Below the pieces are notes generated by a model. That model was not told the DNA's origin and searched no databases. It saw only the letters and a list, made by a program, of their open reading frames with translations. 64,000 bases of DNA from Anaerolineales bacterium (GTDB lineage: Bacteria; Chloroflexota; Anaerolineae; Anaerolineales; UBA11858): positions 5,164-69,163 of the forward strand of contig JBARSF010000007.1 in NCBI GenBank assembly GCA_049644605.1, written 5' to 3'. Of this stretch, positions 8,509 through 18,011 are shown piece by piece. The stretch's first letter is position 1. Every line of letters starts with the position of its first letter. The position numbers and the translations under genes were made by a program.

Positions 8509-11500
8509 TTAACGCAGCAAATCCTCCGCCTTGGAATAAGCATCCAGGGCTTCGTCCAGTCTATCTAACCGCATGTAAGCATCTCCCAGGGTTTTCATCA
8601 GGGACACATCCATGGGGTGATCGTAGGAAGCCTGGATTAAGTCTTCAATTACATCTTGTATAGAACTTTTCTTAATAATGAGATATTCGTAGTGCTCAAG
8701 TGCTTCGGTGATCTGCGAATCTGCCAATAGGCCCCGAGCTTTCGTTAAGCGCTTTTCTGGCGGCTCATCAACAACAGGAGCGGTTTCTTGTACTGGAGGA
8801 GGATCAGGAGTTTTTACTTCCCGGATGGTCACTTCTGGCTTAAGGATTTCAATAGTTTGTTCATCCGTAATCTCAGGAACTTTTAGAAGGTCTTCCAGCG
8901 TTTTATAGGGACCTTGTTTTTCGCGATAAGTTACGATTCCTTTTGCAATTTGGTAACTTATACCGAGGATGGACTCCAGCTCTGAGATTGCAGCTTTATT
9001 CAGATCAAACGGCTCTCTGGGAGATCTGGGTTGTTCGTCAGTTGTGGAGACCCAGGCATATTCCTCTTGGTCTTCTTTAGGAACTGGTGGTTTAGCATCT
9101 GCTGGAGGCTGCCCAACCTCGGATTCAGGCATATCCTCAGGTCCTTCACCTTCCCCATATCCTGCAAGCCAGGCTGGGATCTCAACGTCTTTTTCAGCGC
9201 CCCCAGCAAGTTCATCCGTGTAAAAGTCGCCTTCCAGTGGGGAGGTGGCTTTCATCCAAAGTGGCGTTTCGCCCTCTTGTTCTCCAGTGTCAGAATCAGT
9301 GGATTGGATCCAATCAGGGATCTCTTGTTCTTCTTCGGACGATTTCAATTTTTCATCAATTTCAAGATCTGCAAGCCATCCGTTGTTTGCATCATGGAAA
9401 TCTTTGGGTTGTTCCTTAACCAATTCTTCTTCTTGCTCTTCAGCTTCCTTCTCCAATTCTGCCAGCCACCCGGATTCATCTTGTTCTGCCCGAGAAGGTG
9501 TAGGTTTCTCAGTTTTTTCCCGTCCTCCAGATAATCTTTCTAGCCAAAGCATAGCTGTTGTTTGAGGATCTTCCTCGTTCTTCAGGTCTTCCATCCACTT
9601 TGGTACTGTATCTCCGGGATCCAATTCATCCGTATAGCGTTTGATTTCGGCTTTGAGATTTACTTCATCACCTTGTTCAACAAATTGCTGCAGCCATAAA
9701 ATCGCGGTTTCCTGGGGATCTTCTTCCTTTTTAAGATTTTCCAACCATAGCGGAACTTCAGGATCAGAGGTTTCTTCTACCGGATCCTTTAAACGATCAA
9801 GTATTCCTCCTGAAACGCTGACAGCGGGAGTTACTTCATGTAATTCTGGTTCAGGTTCTTCTTCTGGAATATCTACCTTAATGGCAGGCGATTCGGGTTC
9901 GGCAGGCACCTGATCTTCAACCAGATCAAGCTTGGCTAACCAGTCTGCGTTGTCGTCTTGCTCCTCATCTGCTCGCTCAAGAAAATCTTTCTCTTCTTCT
10001 GTGAGTGTGTGATCAGATTGACGGATGGCACTTTGCAGGGATGGAGTTAGATCCTGATCGTCAGCATCTAATTCCGCAAGCCAATCCGGCATATCTTCAG
10101 CTTGACTCCCTTGACCAGGGACTGGTGCCATGGGTTCTACGCCTGCAGGTGGAACCTCCTTTTCTAATTCACCCGTTAAGGCTTCACGAAGATCATCATC
10201 AGTTTGAGGTGTTTCTCCTTGGAGGTCAATACCTTCGAGCCATTCGAGTACTTCGCTATCTTCAGTAGGTTCAGGGGCGGCTGTTTCTGTATATCCTTCA
10301 ATTGGTTCATCTCCGAGTTGGTCCAGCCAAGCAGCCGATTCTTCAAATTCACTTTCTTCTAAACTCTCATCACTTACAGCGCCGGGTTCCTTAGCACCTA
10401 TCTTTGATAACCAATCCGGTATTTCTGTATTGAGTGTATCGTCAGAGGGGGAAACATCAGGGCTGGAATCTCTCTCTTCAGTAAGGGAGGGAGCCTCTTC
10501 TGGAGCTTGAGACACTTGTTCTGGGGAGGGAAGCTCTTCCTCTGTCTGGGCTGCTTTTTTTTCTCCCAGACTCTCTAGCCACGCCAAACTATCAGGTTCA
10601 CTTTCCGGTTGGGGAGTTTTACCATCTTCAAATTCACCTAACCAATCTGGGATCGGGGGTTCTCCTTCCGTTTCTGCAGAATCGGAGTCAACTTCTTGGG
10701 GAGGTATTGGCGGAGAGAATTCTTCTTCAGCACCGAGATCCGATAACCAGTCAGGCATAAGGCTACCGGAATCTTCTGCGGATGGCGCATCGGGTTTTGG
10801 AGCAGATGGCATAGGATCGGGAATCGGTTTTTCTTCTTCTCCGAGTTCATCTAACCAAGAAGGTACATCACTTTCAAGAGAGTCAATTTCTTCTGGATCA
10901 AATAGCTGTTTTTCAGCAGACTGTTCGGGAATTAACTCAGCGGCAACCAGGTCCTCTGATAATTCAGCCTCACTTACATCGGCACCACTGACTTGATCTT
11001 TTTCTTGTGCATATAGGTCATCCATCCATTCCAAGTTGTCTGAAACATCTTCTGTTTTTGCAGTGTCCTCAAGAGAGATATCGGTTGGGGGAATTTCTTC
11101 ATCCTCGTCCTGGGAGCGAAGACTTTCCGGCATATTTTCCAACCAGGCAATGGCTGTTTCCTGTGAGTCTTCATCAAGCTCCAGGTTCTTTAACCAGGAA
11201 GGGACATCCAGTTCGGGCTCATCCTGCTCAACTGGCTTTGTGTCAGCTGCTGGACCAGCATCAGCGGGAGGTTCGGCAGAAGTATCTTCCAGGGGTGAGA
11301 TAGGAATTAAATCATCATCAATGAGTGCTGCTTTGTCCTGATCAGAGGTTGTTGACTCTAATCCCCCAGATGGCGTATCAGGTTCAAATTTATAGCCAGT
11401 TGGTGCAGCATCTTCAAGCCAGGCTGGGATCTCTGCCGGAACAATCTCATCTTCATTATCTAGATCATCAAAGACAGGTTTTGATTCGTCAACAGTCCCG

Positions 11501-11619
11501 CTAGATTTTTCCCAACCAGCCTCTTTCATCCAATCAGGAACCTTATCTTCCTGATCATCGCCGTTTGGGTTTTGATTTTGATCTTCAGGAAATGGAGCTT
11601 CAGTATTATCGACAGTCAT
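8509..11619 (-). CDS. hyper-acidic Trp-motif repeat protein with C-terminal ComEA-type helix-hairpin-helix and TPR-like tail
   Basis: 1036-aa ORF, D/E/P/S-rich. 25 Trp, 23 of them as W[LMI] and 13 as [VIMT]-P-x-W-[LMI]. HhH segment FDLNKAAISELESILGISYQIAKGIVTYREKQGPYKTLEDLLKVPEI lies at about 8836-9018. No signal peptide or TM helix. Confidence 0.85.
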   Translation of the reverse strand: MTVDNTEAPFPEDQNQNPNGDDQEDKVPDWMKEAGWEKSSGTVDESKPVFDDLDNEDEIVPAEIPAWLEDAAPTGYKFEPDTPSGGLESTTSDQDKAALIDDDLIPISPLEDTSAEPPADAGPAADTKPVEQDEPELDVPSWLKNLELDEDSQETAIAWLENMPESLRSQDEDEEIPPTDISLEDTAKTEDVSDNLEWMDDLYAQEKDQVSGADVSEAELSEDLVAAELIPEQSAEKQLFDPEEIDSLESDVPSWLDELGEEEKPIPDPMPSAPKPDAPSAEDSGSLMPDWLSDLGAEEEFSPPIPPQEVDSDSAETEGEPPIPDWLGEFEDGKTPQPESEPDSLAWLESLGEKKAAQTEEELPSPEQVSQAPEEAPSLTEERDSSPDVSPSDDTLNTEIPDWLSKIGAKEPGAVSDESLEESEFEESAAWLDQLGDEPIEGYTETAAPEPTEDSEVLEWLEGIDLQGETPQTDDDLREALTGELEKEVPPAGVEPMAPVPGQGSQAEDMPDWLAELDADDQDLTPSLQSAIRQSDHTLTEEEKDFLERADEEQDDNADWLAKLDLVEDQVPAEPESPAIKVDIPEEEPEPELHEVTPAVSVSGGILDRLKDPVEETSDPEVPLWLENLKKEEDPQETAILWLQQFVEQGDEVNLKAEIKRYTDELDPGDTVPKWMEDLKNEEDPQTTAMLWLERLSGGREKTEKPTPSRAEQDESGWLAELEKEAEEQEEELVKEQPKDFHDANNGWLADLEIDEKLKSSEEEQEIPDWIQSTDSDTGEQEGETPLWMKATSPLEGDFYTDELAGGAEKDVEIPAWLAGYGEGEGPEDMPESEVGQPPADAKPPVPKEDQEEYAWVSTTDEQPRSPREPFDLNKAAISELESILGISYQIAKGIVTYREKQGPYKTLEDLLKVPEITDEQTIEILKPEVTIREVKTPDPPPVQETAPVVDEPPEKRLTKARGLLADSQITEALEHYEYLIIKKSSIQDVIEDLIQASYDHPMDVSLMKTLGDAYMRLDRLDEALDAYSKAEDLLR

Positions 11620-11703
11620 AATATTCTCTTTTTCCCGGGTTGACAGAGTTAGCCAATCAGGAATATTCTCAATTTCTTCTGTTCTAGAAGCAGGTTACAT
11701 TCT

Positions 11704-12540
11704 TCATGTTGATTTCGACCAGGGAGGGGTGCTTTCTCTGGTCTTAGCACTTATTTTTTCTTGTGACTCATCCCATTCTATCTGATCTATTGAAATCGCT
11801 CGGTCCGGTACTAGTTCCACGGTTGGAGCGTGTTCTGAAATATAGGCTTCATAGGGTGATAGGGCATATAGCCGTTTCCTGCAGATCGCCATTTCTTGTG
11901 GATGATCATGGGCTTTAAGGGATTTTGCCATGATCCGGTTTGCGATCAAATTATAAGGATATTTTGTAAGAATATCACTCGCGAGATCAATTGCATTGGC
12001 GAGCTGGTCTCCAATCAAGTAGGTTTCTGCCAGTAGAGTTTTAAGGTCGTATCTATTCGGATATTCACTTATCGCTGTTCTCAACTCAGAGACACCCTGT
12101 TTAATCAGATCGCCTCGAATGTACATGCGCGCTAAGGCGCCTTGGGTTAAGCGAACTTTTGGTGGTTCTATCCCATCACGTTTTCCATATAAGCGCCTTA
12201 ACTCAATTTGAATCTCACTGTTATATGGCTGTCTTTCAAAAGCTTTTTCCATATGCAGAACTGCTGAAGCCAAATTACCTTCTTCTTCCCGGATAACACT
12301 CATGCCCACATGGGATATAAAATCATCCGGGACCGCCGATAAAACACGCTGGAAAATATCAGCAGCATTGCTGTTCTGGTTATTCTCAAGATAAGCTTTA
12401 CCAAGCAAACGGTAGGTGTCAATGTGTTTAGGAAATTTGGTGAGTATGTGTCGGCAATGGGAAATAGCTTCGTCAAGACGAGATTGATCAATATAAGAAT
12501 CAATTTCAAGATTATAGGCACGAAGTGATATTACGCCCAT
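11704..12540 (-). CDS. tetratricopeptide-repeat protein
   Basis: 278 aa with several TPR-like helical pairs (e.g. YRLLGKAYLENNQNSNAADIFQRVLSAVPDD). Same strand and same frame as the downstream acidic protein. Confidence 0.8.
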   Translation of the reverse strand: MGVISLRAYNLEIDSYIDQSRLDEAISHCRHILTKFPKHIDTYRLLGKAYLENNQNSNAADIFQRVLSAVPDDFISHVGMSVIREEEGNLASAVLHMEKAFERQPYNSEIQIELRRLYGKRDGIEPPKVRLTQGALARMYIRGDLIKQGVSELRTAISEYPNRYDLKTLLAETYLIGDQLANAIDLASDILTKYPYNLIANRIMAKSLKAHDHPQEMAICRKRLYALSPYEAYISEHAPTVELVPDRAISIDQIEWDESQEKISAKTRESTPPWSKST

Positions 12541-12685
12541 GCAAAAAACTCCCCAAGGGGTATAAACATTGACCTATCCGGGTACCTGGAAGAGGCAAAT
12601 AACCTAAGTGTAGTATGCCTTATTTTAGTATTGTACGCAAGTATATAAGTGGTGTATTAAAAAAATTGAAAAGCCAATAAAAAGC

Positions 12686-12719
12686 TTAAAAAAATAGCTC
12701 CCGAGTTATTGAGAGCTAT
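12686..12719 (-). terminator. rho-independent terminator downstream of the hppA remnant
   Basis: Stem ATAGCTC (12694-12700) / GAGCTAT (12713-12719). An A-run on + gives a T-run on the - strand. Confidence 0.55.
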
Positions 12720-12769
12720 CAAGTAAGGCTTATTGGTCAAATTTTAGCCAGGTATCAAATTCGTCCAGT

Positions 12770-14841
12770 TTATTGGAACAGGTTCAATCCAAAACGGATG
12801 AATAGCGGCAGCAGAGTGATTGACATAATGTTTTGCAGCTTTACCAGAATGTGGAGAGAAGGTCCTGCAGTATCTTTTAAAGGATCTCCAAAGGTATCTC
12901 CAATCACTACTGCAGCATGGGTATCTGTGCCCTTTCCGCCATACAGGCCCTCTTCAACAATCTTTTTAGCATTATCAAGTGCTCCACCGCTGTTAAACTG
13001 AGTGCTTGCCAATGTTGCTGACGAAGCGGTTACACTGATCAGATAGACGGCTAAGGGTAAAGGACCGAGCAAAAATCCAAGGATAATGGGCACAAGAACT
13101 GTCACTAATGTGGGACTGATCATGCTTTTAAGCGCATTAGCTGTCGTTAAATCAACCACATGGGCATATTCTGGATCAGTTTTACCTTCCAAAACCCCAG
13201 GAATATTAAATTGGCGCCTGATTTCCTCGATAACTTTAAATGCACCCTCATTTACAGCTCTGAGTGTCAGGGCAGAGAACAAGAAAGGCATGGCAGCGCC
13301 AAAGAAGATGGCTACTGCATTCGCCGGGATGATCAAGTTCACAATAATATCATTCAGATCATGGAAAGCAATTCCTGTCAATCGGGCATATTCTAGCAAG
13401 TAGGCAAATAATATTACCAGACTGCTCATCGTTGCTGCGCCCATTGCATAGCCTTTAACGAGAGCTTTGGTTATATTGCCGGCCGAATCAAGTTCATCAC
13501 TGACTTTCCTGGTTTTATCACCTAGGCCAGTGCATTATCTACAATTGGTCCAAATGTATCTCCGGCCATGATGATGCCCTTCATTTCCTTAATACCCATT
13601 GTTGCAGCAGCAATGTAGTAAATGCCATCAGCTATGCCTTTCCCTAATGAAAAAGCAGCCATAACTATAAAACCAAGTATGAAGGTACCCCATACCGTGC
13701 TCTCCATACCATAGGCAAGGCCTTCTAAAATACCAAGGGCAGGACCACTCTGGGCATGCCTGGCAGTATTCTGAACGGGTTTGTTTTTAGCGCCGGTGTA
13801 ATATTGCACTCCAAATACAATAGAGAAAACACCACCCATTCCCATGACCTGAACCCAAAAGAGTGAGATATCGTGTATAACAAATCGGCCATTGAAGTAA
13901 AAGGCTATCAGGCAGGTAACCGCTGTGCCGATAAGGCCGCTATTAACTGTCCAGATTGGGCTCCAATTTTTACGGCTTTGAACCACCAACACGCCAATTA
14001 GTGTCGCCAGGATTCCGATTGCTCTAACCAACAGAGGGAACAGCACACCAGTCCACCCATATTTTGCTAGAAATATCGGTGAAGCGGCAACGATCATTGT
14101 AGTTACAACATTATCCACTCCCGATTCGAACAAATCTGCCCCTCGACCAGCGTAGTCTCCTACATTATCGCCGACAAGATCGGCGATAACTGCGGCATTC
14201 CGGGGGTCATCTTCTGGAATTTTAGTTTCTACTTTTCCTGCTAAATCGGCACCAATATCAGCTGCTTTGGTGTAAATACCATCACCAAGCTATGCAAAAA
14301 GGGCTGCCAGGCTGGCGCCAAAGCCAAAGCCGACCAGCATACTTACACCTTCTGGGTTTTCTGGAGTAATCCCGTAGATTAACAAAAGAAGGACAACGCC
14401 CAACATGTTAAAGGTGACGATAGATAACCCCATTATTGACCCGCCCCTGAATGCAATTATTAGTGCATTTCCAATCGAGGATCGGGCTGCCTGGGTAGTT
14501 CGAACATTTGCACGTATCGATGCCTGCATACCGATGTAGATTGCTAACAAAGAAAAACCGCCCCCGACGAGTATTCCAAGGGCGATTTGAAAATTTCCTT
14601 CTGGCATAACAAAATACAAAATGACTGCTAGTCCAATTAAGAAGGGTATGATAGTAATAAACTCACGCCGGAGGAATGCATTGGCGCCAATTTCGATGAA
14701 GTGAGCCAATTCCTGCATGCGGTCTGTTCCTGTCTCCTTCTTAAGGAGCCAGTAGTAGATCAGAATGATAGAAAGAATGCCAATGAAACCTGCAATATAT
14801 ATGAAGACATGTGCCGCGAAGTCAAAGGACTCAGGGGTCAT
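12770..14841 (-). pseudogene. hppA: membrane H+/Na+-translocating pyrophosphatase, disrupted (in-frame TAG plus frameshifting deletion)
   Basis: Three collinear ORFs cover one PPase. (1) [16 protein letters not shown](14290-14292)[16 protein letters not shown]: the stop sits where the family has ...[21 protein letters not shown]. (2) DTFGPIVDNA then a frame change near 13525-13533, continuing GLGDKTRKVSDELDSAGNITKALVKGYAMGAA. The conserved GGIAEM segment after DNA is missing. Confidence 0.8.
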
Positions 14842-14936
14842 AATAATCTCTTGTTTCTATTAGGTTGGTAAAAAGGGTTTAATTCTAAGTATAAGGTTTT
14901 ACGATATTAAATGGTATGTGTCAAGCGAATAGATAT

Positions 14937-16256
14937 TCAGTGTTTTACATCTGGTGATTGCTTAAGTTTTAAGATTTCAAAAATTGGTGATAACCCAACT
15001 GCAGTCCAAAGGCACGTAAAAGGGAGCAGAGGTACTACATACCGCTGCCATGGCAGCGGGAGCAAAAACAGGATAGTAAAAAATTGAATGATAGTGGCGA
15101 GAAGGAATAATACTGCCGGCTTTGGCATAATAGTACCGGAAGATTTTAGTCTTAGCGCCCCTATCATAAAACCACTGAGTGACAGGATAAGAAATACAGC
15201 TGCGGGGATCAAACTCCGACCTAGATTATGGAGAGGGATTTTGAAGTATTGTTCTTCTTGCGATTCAATTTCAGCGAGGTAATTTCCCACATCCGCGGTG
15301 CTGGGTTGTGAATAGTAGAGATTAGAAAACAAGGCTAGCGCCTGATAGGGAATGGTTTGTTTTTTAGCATCTTCCTGACGGGGATAATAATCATTCAATT
15401 GATTTGCCTGTAGTTCTGCGGTGATTTCCCGGCTGGCGAGGGCTGCCCGGAGTGGATGTTTCCAGAAAAATGGATTCAGCATAAAAGTTATTACTGTAAA
15501 AAACAAGCCAAATACAACAATTCGCTTTGCAATACTGTTGGGATCAGAGCGAATCTTAAAAGGCTTGCATACTGCTATAATTCCTATGGGTAGGAGCGCA
15601 ATAGCAGATTGTTTGGCATTAAATGCTGCAGCCATTGCTATCCCTACCAGCCAGGGGCGGATTTTTTCTTGGGATATAGCCCAAAGAAAAAAACAAATTC
15701 CCGCCAAGGCCGCAGCTTCATTCATAGCTCGCCTGCCGTGCAATAAAAAAAGCGGGTTAAGCCCTAGCAAGATGACAGTGATCAAGGCAGTTTTATTGGA
15801 ATAGGTGTTTTGGATTGCTTTGTATAAGAAAAAAAGGGCAATCGGAAGCAGGGCTGTAGTTATTACTCGGGAGGATAATAACAAACGACGATTTGGCAAA
15901 GCTCCACCGGCTGCATTTTCTTCCCACGATAGACCCCAAATCCAGTCAGCTGACAGTCGGGGGGTCATTGTTATCCACCTGCCGAATCCGATCAGGTATT
16001 TTGTGAGTGGTGCACCGAGAGACCGCAAAATGAGTTCATTGCTTAGGGGGAGGTCGGGTGTCCAGGCAATTGAAAGGGGTTGATTGAAAATAAGTTCCAG
16101 ATCCCGACTCATATATATGTGGGTACTTTCATCGGGGTGAAAAGGGACAAGAGCCATTCCGTAGAAAAAAAATACGGTCAAGCATAATAGGATTACTAAA
16201 AATAACCAATTTTCCCTTATCTTTTCTAACATAATTACTTGGTGTTTCGTTAACAT
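14937..16256 (-). CDS. polytopic membrane protein, GT-C-type glycosyltransferase-like (PMT/ArnT-like DE motif)
   Basis: 439 aa with many TM helices. The first extracytoplasmic loop has PFHPDESTHIYMSRD after TM1. Divergent from the + strand cluster. Confidence 0.7.
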   Translation of the reverse strand: MLTKHQVIMLEKIRENWLFLVILLCLTVFFFYGMALVPFHPDESTHIYMSRDLELIFNQPLSIAWTPDLPLSNELILRSLGAPLTKYLIGFGRWITMTPRLSADWIWGLSWEENAAGGALPNRRLLLSSRVITTALLPIALFFLYKAIQNTYSNKTALITVILLGLNPLFLLHGRRAMNEAAALAGICFFLWAISQEKIRPWLVGIAMAAAFNAKQSAIALLPIGIIAVCKPFKIRSDPNSIAKRIVVFGLFFTVITFMLNPFFWKHPLRAALASREITAELQANQLNDYYPRQEDAKKQTIPYQALALFSNLYYSQPSTADVGNYLAEIESQEEQYFKIPLHNLGRSLIPAAVFLILSLSGFMIGALRLKSSGTIMPKPAVLFLLATIIQFFTILFLLPLPWQRYVVPLLPFTCLWTAVGLSPIFEILKLKQSPDVKH

Positions 16257-16370
16257 GAGTTATTTCAATTGGTTATATCATAAGCATAAGGACCTGTACA
16301 ACTATAAGATATCCAAATAATTGAAAAAACAATAAAAAGTAGGGCACTTCAGAATTATTATCATTTTAAA

Positions 16371-18011
16371 ATGAAAGAAAGAAAGAAATATCTCGATTCG
16401 CCAGGGTCCATATGGCTGCCAGTACTATTTGCAGCAGGGTTGAAGATAATCCTGTTGGCAACGGGGCGCATACCGTTTAATGCTGACGAAGCTATTGTAG
16501 CTTTAATGGCACGACATATCAATCAGGGCAATCTCCCCATTTTTTTTTATGGGCAGTCTTACATGGGAAGCATGGATGCGATCCTGGTTGCTTTGGGATT
16601 CAAAGCTTTTGGAGAAGCGGTATCAGTAATCAGGATTCTTCAAAGCCTCCTATATCTTGGAACAGTATATACAACAGCCGTTCTGGGAAAAATCATCTTT
16701 AAATCTCCTCGGGCTGCCGTAATTGCAGGGATGCTGGCAGCCGTACCGCCTGTGAATGTTAGTTTGTATACGACCATCAGCCTCGGGGGTTATGGAGAAC
16801 TGTTATTTATCGGGAATCTGCTCCTGATAAGCGGAATTCAGATCACCAGAAAAGTAAAAAAGGAAGGCTTTATAGCTGGTACAGGCTTTCATTTAATCCT
16901 GCTAGGTTGGGGCATGGGTGCTGGGTTTGCTTTTTGGGTAATCGGGCTGTCCCTGGTTTATACGATTCCAGCAGGTTTATTTTTGATGTGGGAGATCTGG
17001 AAATCAGAACGCCCCGGTAAATTCCTGCTAGCTGGTTTTCTGATACTGTCTGGGGGACTCATTGGAGCTATGCCTTGGTGGATATTTGCTTTAATAAATA
17101 ACAGCACAGAAGTATTTTCAGAATTAGCGGGCAGTGCTCTCTCTGGCATTAGCAACGGAACCGCTTTGACTCAAGTGTTACAGCGTTTTGGAAGCCTGTT
17201 TTTATTTGGAAGCACTGTGTTACTTGGTCTCCGACCCCCCTGGGGTGTTCGCTGGTTAATGATGCCGATTTTGCCTTTTATTCTTGTTTTTTGGTGTCTG
17301 GTTTTTTATTCCAGTATAAAAAATATCGCCAGGAAAAAATATCGGAATGAGCTGCCTTTGTTTGGATTGATGGGCGTAATATTACTGGCTGGTTTTATTT
17401 TAACCCCTTATGGCGCTGATCCTTCCGGAAGATATTTTGTGCCTTTGATTCTGCCAATGGTGATATTTGGAACTGAGTTCCTAATCAAACACCCCAAGAT
17501 AAACCCAAAAATATCTCTGGGAATTGTAGCGCTGATCCTTATCTTTAATCTTGGGGGGACGATACAATCCATTCTAGAATACCCGCCGGGCTTAACTTCT
17601 CAATTTGACAAAATTGCCCAAATCGATCATCAGAAAATGGGTGAATTGATGGTTTTTTTAGAAAAAAAGCAAATTACCCGGGGATATACAAATTATTGGG
17701 TTTCTTACCCCCTGGCTTTTTTATCAAACGAGCAGCTAATTTTTGTGCCTCGACTTCCATACCATGAAGACTTCCGGTATACTGCCAGAGATGACCGATA
17801 TCCACCTTATGACAAATTGGTCCTCGCTTCTAAGGAGATTGGTTATATCACAACCAAACATCCTATACTTGATAATTATCTCCGTCAGGAATTCAAATCC
17901 AGGGGAATTTCCTGGGAAGAAAAGCAGATTGGGGATTTCCAGATTTTTTACGAACTTTCAGTTTTAATCCATCCGCAAGAATTAGGATTAGGGACAACTA
18001 CGATACAGTGA
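16371..18011 (+). CDS. GT39/GT83-like (ArnT/PMT family) membrane glycosyltransferase
   Basis: 546 aa, polytopic. Loop-1 motif IPFNADEAIVALMARHI and a C-terminal soluble domain. Confidence 0.75.
   Translation: MKERKKYLDSPGSIWLPVLFAAGLKIILLATGRIPFNADEAIVALMARHINQGNLPIFFYGQSYMGSMDAILVALGFKAFGEAVSVIRILQSLLYLGTVYTTAVLGKIIFKSPRAAVIAGMLAAVPPVNVSLYTTISLGGYGELLFIGNLLLISGIQITRKVKKEGFIAGTGFHLILLGWGMGAGFAFWVIGLSLVYTIPAGLFLMWEIWKSERPGKFLLAGFLILSGGLIGAMPWWIFALINNSTEVFSELAGSALSGISNGTALTQVLQRFGSLFLFGSTVLLGLRPPWGVRWLMMPILPFILVFWCLVFYSSIKNIARKKYRNELPLFGLMGVILLAGFILTPYGADPSGRYFVPLILPMVIFGTEFLIKHPKINPKISLGIVALILIFNLGGTIQSILEYPPGLTSQFDKIAQIDHQKMGELMVFLEKKQITRGYTNYWVSYPLAFLSNEQLIFVPRLPYHEDFRYTARDDRYPPYDKLVLASKEIGYITTKHPILDNYLRQEFKSRGISWEEKQIGDFQIFYELSVLIHPQELGLGTTTIQ

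Noticed and set aside
8708-11341. About a dozen + strand ORFs of 60-167 aa (e.g. 9031-9534, 9245-9565, 11036-11341), antisense to the acidic protein gene
   Set aside because: They are Ser/Gly/Phe-rich low-complexity translations. These arise automatically opposite a GAA/GAT/GAG-rich coding strand. They have no RBS, overlap each other in several frames, and the - strand ORF has clear domain content.
14290-14292. The in-frame TAG in hppA as a programmed recoding event (pyrrolysine or read-through)
   Set aside because: - The codon replaces a conserved Arg, not a position with any known Pyl usage.
- No pyl genes are in view.
- The same gene also has a frameshifting deletion and substitutions at invariant residues.
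- Pseudogenisation or sequence error is the simpler reading.
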